A DNA stretch of 64,000 nucleotides, taken from assembly GCA_016871615.1 (NCBI GenBank), contig VHCX01000012.1:287-64286 (forward strand). The letters run 5' to 3'. Positions 56,751 to 64,000 of this stretch are shown here, in pieces. This DNA is from Verrucomicrobiota bacterium (lineage in GTDB: Bacteria > Verrucomicrobiota > Verrucomicrobiia > Limisphaerales > UBA9464). The translations under genes and the position numbers were made by a program. Position 1 is the first letter of the stretch, and each line of letters opens with the position of its first letter. The notes below the pieces were generated by a model. The model did not search any database. It was not told the DNA's origin and was given only the letters and a program-made list of their open reading frames with translations.

Positions 56751-58070
56751 TCAACGGGCCGGGTTCAGCAGCGGCCAGGCGACCAGTTCGCGGCTGTCCC
56801 GGGTGAAGAGCACGCCGCCCGCATAGGCTGGGTGGCTGTAGGTCTTGCCGCAGGCCTGGAAGCGCCCGAGTTCGACGTAGCGGTCGGGATCGGCCTCCAG
56901 CAGGAGCGCCTCGCCCTGGTCGTTCAGCACCAGCAGGCGTCGGCCCGAGACGATCGTGGACGCGTACTGGTTGAACCCCGGCTGCCGCCACCGGACCTTG
57001 CCGGTGTCCGCCTCGACGCAGACGAAATCCTTGTCCGGCCCGTGGCCGTAAAGCTGGCGGCCCACCAGCACCGGTGTGGCGAGGTTGATCTTCAGGGCGG
57101 GGTTGAGCCAGGCCTGCGTGGCCCGCATTCCGGCTCCGTCGGCCTTCAGGTCCACCCGGCGCAGTCCGGTGGTGTGGCTGGCGAAAAGCACCCTGTCGCC
57201 GTCGAGCACCGGGGTCAGCACATTGCGATTGGCCCCGGTCTTGAACGGAATGCGCCAAAGCGCCTCGCCGGAGGCACCATCGAGGCCCAGCAGGCCCTCG
57301 CAGGTGACAGTGACCGCCTGGGGGCGACCTCCCAGGGTGCCGGTCACCAGCGAGGCGTAGCTGGCCAGGTCGTCCTGCGACTTCCAGAGCACCGTGCCCC
57401 GGACCTTGTCGAAGGCGACCACGCTCGCCCCGTTGGTCGAGCCGATCTGGACGAAGAGCCGCTCTCCGGCGATGGCCGCCGAACCGGAATTGCCCCGCCG
57501 GTTGGCGGCCCCGGGTCCGCCGGCCTTGTCCTTCACCCAGAACATCCCGAAGTCCTTGAAGTGGAAGCCCCACTGCTTCCGGCCGTCGTCGAGCGACAGG
57601 CAGGCAAACTCGCCGAAGCAGCTCTGCACATACATCCGGTTCCCGTCGATGAGCGGGGTGCATCGCGGGCCGGGTTCGAACTCGTCGGAGTAGATTTCGG
57701 CGAAGGGTTGCGACCAGAGTTCGCGGCCGGTGGACGCCTCGAAGCAGCGGGCCGTCTCGCGCCCGGACGAGTCGTCGAGGATCACCAGGCGTCCGCCCGC
57801 GACCACGACCCCGGAGTAGCCGTGGCCGATGGGCTTGCGCCAGAGCGCCTTGGGTGCGGCGTCGAGGCCCGCGGGCAGCGGGTCGGCGGCACGGCCGTCC
57901 CGGCCGCCGCCGCGCCAACCGGGCCAGTCCGCCCCGGCCGCCTGGGCTGCGGACAGCAGGCTCGCGAGGAGAGGGGCGAGCCACCCGCACCCATGGGCGG
58001 TCCGGATCGTCCGCGGCGGTCGGGAGGCGGGGGCGGCGGGTGCCATTGGGAGCGCGGGCCCGGGCGTCAC
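56751..58070 (-). CDS. PQQ-like-repeat beta-propeller protein (BamB-like fold)
   Basis: 'ADWPGWRGGGRDG', then repeated 'G.l..ld..tG...W' blades ('CFEASTGRELWSQ', 'AFDKVRGTVLWKS', 'GLDGASGEALWRI', 'CVEADTGKVRWRQ'). GTG start at 58070 forms a GTGA overlap with the upstream stop. An alternative ATG is at 58046. Confidence 0.75.
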   Translation of the reverse strand: MTPGPALPMAPAAPASRPPRTIRTAHGCGWLAPLLASLLSAAQAAGADWPGWRGGGRDGRAADPLPAGLDAAPKALWRKPIGHGYSGVVVAGGRLVILDDSSGRETARCFEASTGRELWSQPFAEIYSDEFEPGPRCTPLIDGNRMYVQSCFGEFACLSLDDGRKQWGFHFKDFGMFWVKDKAGGPGAANRRGNSGSAAIAGERLFVQIGSTNGASVVAFDKVRGTVLWKSQDDLASYASLVTGTLGGRPQAVTVTCEGLLGLDGASGEALWRIPFKTGANRNVLTPVLDGDRVLFASHTTGLRRVDLKADGAGMRATQAWLNPALKINLATPVLVGRQLYGHGPDKDFVCVEADTGKVRWRQPGFNQYASTIVSGRRLLVLNDQGEALLLEADPDRYVELGRFQACGKTYSHPAYAGGVLFTRDSRELVAWPLLNPAR

Positions 58071-58624
58071 CAGGAACCCTCGGAAAGCCGACTGATGATG
58101 TTTCGCGCGAGGTTCTCGGCCAGCAGCGGGGCGGCCTGACGCTCGGCCGATCCCAGGTCGGCCGTGTTCCGGATCGTCGTCCGTCCGGTGATCTCCTCGT
58201 CGAGGAGCACCTTGCCGCTGCCGTTCTCGATGGCCTTCACGTGCGCGGTGAGCACCACGTCGTAGTCGCGGGTGGCGATGATGTCCCGGGCCTGGAAGGT
58301 GAGCGGGTTGCGCTGGAAGGTTCGCAGCGCGGTGGTGATGACGATGTCGCCGTCGTCCCGCGTGGCCAGCCGGAAGGTGCCATCCACGTGCACCTGGGCC
58401 CGGAGGGCGTGGCTGACGGTGTCGGCCAGGCGCGGCTCGTCGGTGCCGTTGGCGACATGGCCGATGCGGATGGCCCGGGCGCCCGCCGCCTGGGCATTGC
58501 TCGGACCGAGTGCGTACCCGCCACAGCCCGCCCCGAACATCAGGGATGCCAGCGCGAGGACGGCCCAGCGCCCCCTCCGCCGGTCGCCCGCCGGCGCGGG
58601 CGCCGGTTCTGCGCTCCGGATCAT
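58067..58624 (-). CDS. Small lipoprotein, LptE-like (tentative)
   Basis: Internal ATG at 58624 (ATGA overlap with the bamD stop). Lipobox 'LMFGAGCGGYAL'. The ~185-aa size, the alternating beta pattern and the position after bamD all fit LptE/RlpB-type proteins. Assigned by eye only. Confidence 0.5.
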   Translation of the reverse strand: MIRSAEPAPAPAGDRRRGRWAVLALASLMFGAGCGGYALGPSNAQAAGARAIRIGHVANGTDEPRLADTVSHALRAQVHVDGTFRLATRDDGDIVITTALRTFQRNPLTFQARDIIATRDYDVVLTAHVKAIENGSGKVLLDEEITGRTTIRNTADLGSAERQAAPLLAENLARNIISRLSEGSW

Positions 58625-59700
58625 GGTGACTTCTTTTTCGCGCCGGTGGCCGCGGGCGCGTTGGTGGCGGCGAGGCGCTCGCGCTCGAGTTGACGGGCGT
58701 CGTTCTCGGACCAGCGGCGGATCTGGCGCTGGGCCTTGGGCTTGAGCTGGTCGATCCGTTCGCGGGCCTCCGCCGCGAAGGCCGAGTTCGGATCCTTCAC
58801 GAGCACCTCGTTGTAGTAGACCAAGGCGCCCTGGTAGCGCTTGTATTTCTCGTAGAACTGGGCGGTCTTGAGCGAGCCGCGCGCCTGCTCGGTCTTGAGG
58901 GTGGACACGATCCGGGTGGCCTCCTCGTTGCGCGGATCGTCGGGATAGAGCGCCTTGAAGTCGTTGAGGAAGTTGATGGCGTTGCCGGCCAGCGACTGGT
59001 CGTACTCGGCCCGCTTGGCCAGGCGGTTCCAGGCGATGCCCGCCGAATACATGGCGTCGGCACCGACCTTGGGCCGGTCGTAGTACTTGTCGGCGGCGCG
59101 CTCGTAGGCCTTCACGGCCAGGCGGAAGTCCTTCTGCTTCTCGCGCGCGGCGCCGATGTTCATCAGGGCCTTCGGGCCGATCTCGCTGTAGGGGCCGTTT
59201 ATGTTGACCTGGTCGAGCAATCTGGCCGTGCGGTCCATCGACGGGAAGAACGGGATGTAGCCCCAAAGCTTGAACCACTGCCCCCCGAGGAACCGGTTGG
59301 CGATGTCGAACTGGCGCTGCTGGATCTCCGCGTAGTTCTCCAGCTTGGGGTATTTGGTGAGCGCCTTCTGGTACTCCTTGAACGCGCGCTCATCCATCTT
59401 CCGGGCCTCGTAGCAACGGCCGACCAGGTACTGGGCCCGGCCGGAGGAATCCGACAGGGGCCAGGTCTTGACCGTGTGCCTGGCCGCCTTGAGGGCAAGG
59501 CGGTACTGCCCGGCGTCGAAGGCTTCCTGAGCGACGGCGAGCTGGTCCTTCGCTCGCTTGCGCTGCCACGCCGCGCCGGCCCCGACCGCCTCGTAGGTCC
59601 ATCCCTCACCGGGTCGGTAGATCAGCGGGGCGGGGCAGTTCATCACCGCCGCCCAAAGGCAGCACAGCACCAGCATCAGGCGCGTGGAATGTCGGCTCAC
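58621..59700 (-). CDS. bamD: Outer membrane protein assembly factor BamD (YfiO-like TPR lipoprotein)
   Basis: TPR-rich. 'AQEAFDAGQYRLALKAARHTVKTWPLSDSSGRAQYLVGRCYE...', 'YSEIGPKALMNIGAA' and 'AQFYEKYKRYQGALVYYNEVL' match the BamD layout. The start is uncertain (GTG 59700, ATG 59676 or TTG 59736). Confidence 0.78.
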   Translation of the reverse strand: MSRHSTRLMLVLCCLWAAVMNCPAPLIYRPGEGWTYEAVGAGAAWQRKRAKDQLAVAQEAFDAGQYRLALKAARHTVKTWPLSDSSGRAQYLVGRCYEARKMDERAFKEYQKALTKYPKLENYAEIQQRQFDIANRFLGGQWFKLWGYIPFFPSMDRTARLLDQVNINGPYSEIGPKALMNIGAAREKQKDFRLAVKAYERAADKYYDRPKVGADAMYSAGIAWNRLAKRAEYDQSLAGNAINFLNDFKALYPDDPRNEEATRIVSTLKTEQARGSLKTAQFYEKYKRYQGALVYYNEVLVKDPNSAFAAEARERIDQLKPKAQRQIRRWSENDARQLERERLAATNAPAATGAKKKSP

Positions 59701-59835
59701 GGGACCCAAGGCTAGGTAAGCCGGGGCGGGGGTCAACGGCGGAGGTGGCCTCTGCGGCCGACCGGGACCTCCGCCGTGGTGGTGTGTCCGGGCTGGTCAT
59801 CGGGCCCGGGATGGGCATCCTCCGATCGATATCCC

Positions 59836-62574
59836 ATGCGGCTGTTGACGATCCTCCTGACCTGGACGGGCCTCGCCTTGGCGGCGTCGGAACCGCATTG
59901 GGCCTACGCGCCGTTGCGTCCGGGACCGGTTCCCGTGGCCGCGCCGGCATCGGAGCCGGCCAATCCGCATCCGGTCGACGCATTCATCCGGTCGGCATTG
60001 ACCGCCCAGGGTCTGGAGCCGGCCCCGGAAGCCGACCGGTCGACCCTCCTGCGGCGCCTGCACTGGGACCTGGTCGGCCTGCCGCCCTCGCCGGAGGATC
60101 ACCGGCGCTTCCTGGCCGACGCCGGCCCGTTGGCCTACGAGCGCGAGATCGACCGGCTGCTGGCCTCGCCCCGGTACGGCGAGCGCTGGGCCCGCCACTG
60201 GATGGACGCGGTGCACTTCGCCGAGACCCACGGCCACGACCAGGACCGCATCCGGGAGCAGGCCTGGCCCTACCGCGACTACCTGGTCGCCGCCTTCAAT
60301 TCGGATCGGCCCTACGCGCGGTTCATCGAGGAGCAGGTGGCCGGCGACGTGCTGCATGCCGGGCGTCCCGAGGCCACGGTCGCCCTCGGCATGATCGCCG
60401 CCGGGCCCTGGGACGAAAGCTCCCTGCGGGACATCCGCGAGGACACCCTCGACCGGCAACTCGGCCGGTACGTCGACCGCGACGACATGATCGGTACCGT
60501 GATGTCGGTCTTCAACAGCACCACGGTGCAGTGCGCGCGCTGCCACGACCACAAGTTCGACCCCATCCCCCAGGCCGACTACTACGCCCTGCAGGCCGTG
60601 TTCTCCGGCGTGGAGCGCGCCCACCGGGTCTTCGATCAGGACCCGTCGGTCCATGCCCGCCGGCAACGGTGGATGCGCGAGCGACGCCAAGCCGAGCGGG
60701 GGGATCCCCGGCTGCTCGAGGCCCCGGCCACGCGGGCCGAGGTCACCCGTTGGGTCCGGGAGCGCCAGTCGCATCCGGTGCGCTGGATTCCGTGGGATCC
60801 CCAGACGTTCCTCTCGGCGGCCGGTGCCGGGCTCGCCCGCCTCCCTGATGGATCCCTCCGGGCCGGCGGATTGCTCCCCGAACGCGACACCTACACGCTG
60901 ACCCGTCCCGCCGGGGTCCAGTCGCTTCGCGCGGTCCGTGCCGTCCAGCTCGAGGTGCTGCCCGACGAGTCGCTCCCGCACCTCGGGCCGGGCCGGAACC
61001 CCCAGAACGGCAACCTGCACCTGAGCGAGATCGAGCTGTGGGTCTTCCGGGCGGGCGCGCCGGAGGCGCAGCGGGTGCGCTGGGCACGGGCCTCCGCCAG
61101 CTTCGACCAGGACGGATGGACGGCGGCGCATGCGATCGATGGGCAGGAAAAGACGGCCTGGGGCATCCATCCGCAGGAGGGACAGGCCCACCGGGCGGTC
61201 TTCGAACTGGCCGAGCCCCTCGAGGCGAAGCCGGGCGACCAGTGGAGCCTGGTGCTGCGCCAGGCGCACGGGGGCTCGCACCTCATCGGCCGGTTCCGGG
61301 TGTCGATGACCGACGCGCCTGGTTCGGCCACCCGCGTGGTGCCGCCCGACATCGCCGGGGTGGTCGATCGGGATCCGGCCGGCTGGACCGACGACGAGCG
61401 TCGCCGGGTGACCTGGTTCGTGGTCCGGGAACGGCTGCGCGAGCAGTTGGCGGCCTTGCCGGCCCCATCCCGCGTGTACGCGGCGGCGAGCGACTTCGAG
61501 CCCGATGGCAGCCTGAAGCCGTCGCTCGAGCCCCGGGTGGTCCACCGGCTGAACCGCGGCGAGATCACCCAGCCCCGCGAAGTGGTGGGTCCGGGGACCC
61601 TGTCCCTCGTCGAGGCCCTGCCGGCCCGCTTCGACGTGCCGCCCGGTGCGGAGGAAGGCGCGCGGCGTGCCGCCCTCGCCCGGTGGCTCGCGCACCCGGA
61701 CAATCCGTTGACGTGGCGCTCCATCGTCAACCGGGTGTGGCTCCACCACTTCGGGCGGGGCCTGGTGAACACGCCCAACGACTTCGGCCGCATGGGTGAA
61801 CGGCCCTCGCATCCGGGGCTGCTCGACTGGCTGGCGGTGTGGTTCCGCGACGAGGCCGGCGGCTCCATGAAGGCGCTGCACCGGCTGCTCCTGACCAGCG
61901 CCACCTACCGCCAGTGCAGCCAGGCCCGCGGCTCGGGCGCGGCCCTTGCCGCCGATCCCGACAACCGGTGGCTGGGCCGCATGAATCGCCTGCGTCTCGA
62001 CGCCGAGTGCGTGCGCGATGGCATGCTGCGCATCAGCGGCCGGCTGGACCTCCGCATGGGCGGACCGGGCGACCGTAACTTCGACCTGAAGCCGGGCATC
62101 CACGTGACCCCGAAGGTCGACTACGGGCTGTTCGATTCCGACGGCCCGGAGGGCCGGCGCCGCAGCGTGTACCGGTTCCTCTTCCGCACCCTGCCCGACC
62201 CCTGGATGGAGGCCCTCGACTGCCCGGCTGGCGACCAGTTGGTGCCGGCCCGCGACAACTCCGTGACGCTGCAGCAGGCCTTGGCCCTGTGGAACCACGA
62301 GTTCTCCCTCCGACAGGCCGGGCACTGGGCCCGGGCCTTGGAATCGGAGGCCCGGCCGGCGTTTTCGACCAGTCCTCCCGGAGCTTCCCCAGGCTCCAGC
62401 GGGGCCGGCATCGACTGGGATCGGATCGACTGGGCCGGGGCCACGCTCTGGGTTTGGGGACGTCCCGCCTCCGAGCCCGAGCGCCGGGAGTTGGACCAGC
62501 ATGCCCGGCGCCACGGGCTGGCAAGTGCCTGCCGGCTGCTCTTCAACAGCAACGAATTCCTCTTCGTGCCATGA
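59836..62574 (+). CDS. DUF1549/DUF1553 (PSCyt2/PSD1) family protein, without an N-terminal cytochrome domain
   Basis: ATG at 59836 with signal 'MRLLTILLTWTGLALAA'. DUF1549 region: 'NPHPVDAFIRSAL...LLRRLHWDLVGLPPSPED...SPRYGERWARHWMD'. DUF1553 region: 'PNDFGRMGERPSHPGLLDWLA...LHRLLLTSATYRQ'. Confidence 0.88.
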   Translation: MRLLTILLTWTGLALAASEPHWAYAPLRPGPVPVAAPASEPANPHPVDAFIRSALTAQGLEPAPEADRSTLLRRLHWDLVGLPPSPEDHRRFLADAGPLAYEREIDRLLASPRYGERWARHWMDAVHFAETHGHDQDRIREQAWPYRDYLVAAFNSDRPYARFIEEQVAGDVLHAGRPEATVALGMIAAGPWDESSLRDIREDTLDRQLGRYVDRDDMIGTVMSVFNSTTVQCARCHDHKFDPIPQADYYALQAVFSGVERAHRVFDQDPSVHARRQRWMRERRQAERGDPRLLEAPATRAEVTRWVRERQSHPVRWIPWDPQTFLSAAGAGLARLPDGSLRAGGLLPERDTYTLTRPAGVQSLRAVRAVQLEVLPDESLPHLGPGRNPQNGNLHLSEIELWVFRAGAPEAQRVRWARASASFDQDGWTAAHAIDGQEKTAWGIHPQEGQAHRAVFELAEPLEAKPGDQWSLVLRQAHGGSHLIGRFRVSMTDAPGSATRVVPPDIAGVVDRDPAGWTDDERRRVTWFVVRERLREQLAALPAPSRVYAAASDFEPDGSLKPSLEPRVVHRLNRGEITQPREVVGPGTLSLVEALPARFDVPPGAEEGARRAALARWLAHPDNPLTWRSIVNRVWLHHFGRGLVNTPNDFGRMGERPSHPGLLDWLAVWFRDEAGGSMKALHRLLLTSATYRQCSQARGSGAALAADPDNRWLGRMNRLRLDAECVRDGMLRISGRLDLRMGGPGDRNFDLKPGIHVTPKVDYGLFDSDGPEGRRRSVYRFLFRTLPDPWMEALDCPAGDQLVPARDNSVTLQQALALWNHEFSLRQAGHWARALESEARPAFSTSPPGASPGSSGAGIDWDRIDWAGATLWVWGRPASEPERRELDQHARRHGLASACRLLFNSNEFLFVP

Positions 62575-64000
62575 CCTCCGACCCTCGGCCCCCGGGAATG
62601 GGATCCTCCCGACGCGACTTCGTCCGGCAGCTGGGCGCGGGCTTCGGCGCGGTCGCACTGGGGCAGCTCCTCGCGCGCGATCAGCGCGACCAACCCGGGC
62701 GGCTCGACCCGAAGTTGCTGGGGCGTCGCCCCCATCATCCGCCGAGGGCGCGTCGGGTGATTCAGCTCTTCATGAACGGCGGGGCCAGCCAGATGGACCT
62801 CTTCGACCACAAGCCCGAGCTGTTCCGGCGGGCGGGCCAGCCCTTTGATCCCGGAGCCGGGGTGCGCGTCGAGGCTCCGACGAGCGAGCCCGGCAAGGTG
62901 CTCAAGCCGCCGTTCCCCATGCGCCAGCATGGCCAGAGCGGCCGCTGGGTCAGCGACCTGCTGCCGCACCTGGCCGGGTGCGTCGACGACCTGGCCTTCC
63001 TCATGGCCATGCGCTCGCGAACGAACGTACACGGCCCGGCCAGCTACCTGATGAACACGGGCTCGCTCCTTCCCGGATTCCCGGCCTTCGGGGCCTGGGT
63101 GAGCTATGCCTTGGGCAGCGAGGCCGACAACCTGCCGGGCTTCGTGGTGCTCCCCGACACCAAGGGCCTGCCCTACAACCAGCGGGGCAACTTCTCGGCC
63201 GGGTTCCTGCCGGTGGCGCATCAAGGCACGCTGGTCCAGGCCGGGGCCGCGTCGCCCATCCCGTTCCTGAGTCCGCCCGCATCGGTGCCTTCGGTGACGA
63301 CCGCGGCCAGCCGGGAGGGGCTGGAGCTGCTCCAGCGGTGGAACCAGCGCCACCTGGAGGCGCAGGACCCGGACTCCCGGCTCGAGGCGAGGATCCAGGC
63401 CTATGAGTTGGCCGCCCGCATGCAGTTGAGCGCACCCGAAGCCTTCGACCTCGCGGCCGAGACTCCTGCCACCCGGCGGTTGTACGGACTGGAGCGGGCT
63501 TCCTCCGAGGACTTCGGCCGGCGCTGCCTCATGGCCCGGAGGCTCATCGAGCGGGGCGTGCGGTTCGTGCAGGTGTGGAGCGGCGCCGGCGGCCCCACCG
63601 GCAACTGGGACAACCACGGCAACATCGCCAAGGAACTCCCGCCCATGTGCCTGGCGACCGACCAGCCCATCGCCGGCCTGCTGCACGACCTGAAGGCCCG
63701 CGGCCTGCTCGAGGACACGCTGGTGCTCTGGAACACCGAGTTCGGACGGATGCCCTTCGCCCAGAGCAGCGAGGGGCGCGACCACAATGGCGGCACCTTC
63801 GTCGGCTGGATGGCCGGGGCAGGGGTGCGGCCCGGGGTCGCCCACGGCGAGAGCGACGAGTGGTCGTGGAAGGCCGCCCGCGACGTCACCACGACCTACG
63901 ACTTCCACGCCACCGCCCTGCACCTGTTGGGCCTCGACCATGAGCGCCTGAACCTCCTGCACCAGGGGGCCAACCGACGGTTGACCGATGTCCATGGCGA
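62571..64000 (+). CDS. DUF1501 (sulfatase-like) protein with a TAT signal; 3' end lies beyond the window
   Basis: Absent from the ORF track because no stop falls inside the window. ATGA overlap with the upstream stop. My translation reads 'MTSDPRPPGMGSSRRDFVRQLGAGFGAVAL...RVIQLFMNGGASQMDLFDHKPEL...NVHGPASYLMNTG...DNHGN'. It is the classic partner of DUF1553 proteins. Confidence 0.85.
   Translation, partial: MTSDPRPPGMGSSRRDFVRQLGAGFGAVALGQLLARDQRDQPGRLDPKLLGRRPHHPPRARRVIQLFMNGGASQMDLFDHKPELFRRAGQPFDPGAGVRVEAPTSEPGKVLKPPFPMRQHGQSGRWVSDLLPHLAGCVDDLAFLMAMRSRTNVHGPASYLMNTGSLLPGFPAFGAWVSYALGSEADNLPGFVVLPDTKGLPYNQRGNFSAGFLPVAHQGTLVQAGAASPIPFLSPPASVPSVTTAASREGLELLQRWNQRHLEAQDPDSRLEARIQAYELAARMQLSAPEAFDLAAETPATRRLYGLERASSEDFGRRCLMARRLIERGVRFVQVWSGAGGPTGNWDNHGNIAKELPPMCLATDQPIAGLLHDLKARGLLEDTLVLWNTEFGRMPFAQSSEGRDHNGGTFVGWMAGAGVRPGVAHGESDEWSWKAARDVTTTYDFHATALHLLGLDHERLNLLHQGANRRLTDVHG

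Noticed and set aside
59797-63995. 953-aa (59797..62658) and 624-aa (62121..63995) minus-strand ORFs
   Set aside because: Both are antisense to the DUF1549/DUF1553 and DUF1501 genes. Their composition is an artefact of GC-rich antisense frames.

Overview
This is a GC-rich, densely coding chromosomal segment with about 52 protein genes and 1 tRNA. I saw no rRNA, CRISPR array, transposase, integrase or prophage. The gene content suggests a PVC-group bacterium (Verrucomicrobiota or Planctomycetota): a DUF1549/DUF1553 + DUF1501 pair, a sugar dehydrogenase fused to c-type haem motifs, TAT-signal Gfo/Idh/MocA oxidoreductases and a GldG/DUF4340 ABC operon. This taxonomic call is inference only.

Most of the window is housekeeping. 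Recognisable genes are prfB, acs, gltA-sucC-sucD, leuA, lgt, gmk, a stand-alone CoaC, tadA, yicC, dacB (PBP4), htrA, an M16 peptidase, a CBS-domain family II pyrophosphatase and tRNA-Asn(GTT). There is also an outer-membrane biogenesis string: bamD, an lptE-like gene, a BamB-like beta-propeller and lgt. Operons are tightly packed, with many ATGA/GTGA start-stop overlaps.

The observations most worth a second look are:
- A translationally coupled string (43057-49544): membrane-embedded histidine kinase, sigma54 activator, small poly-Arg membrane protein, squalene/phytoene-synthase-like enzyme, HpnK/YdjC-like deacetylase, small DMT permease and ApbE.
- An in-frame chimera (49561-50121) of an RND-pump N-terminus and a NarL-type kinase C-terminus, sitting beside an orphan efflux adaptor.
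- Two genes (a DUF167/YggU homologue and a minimal nucleotidyltransferase) that each need a -1 correction at a G-run. These are either real pseudogenes or homopolymer assembly errors.
- Degenerate 16-nt and 18-nt tandem repeats immediately 3' of tRNA-Asn.

Many long ORFs in the six-frame track are GC-driven shadow ORFs and were rejected. All functional calls come from motif recognition by eye. No database search was run.
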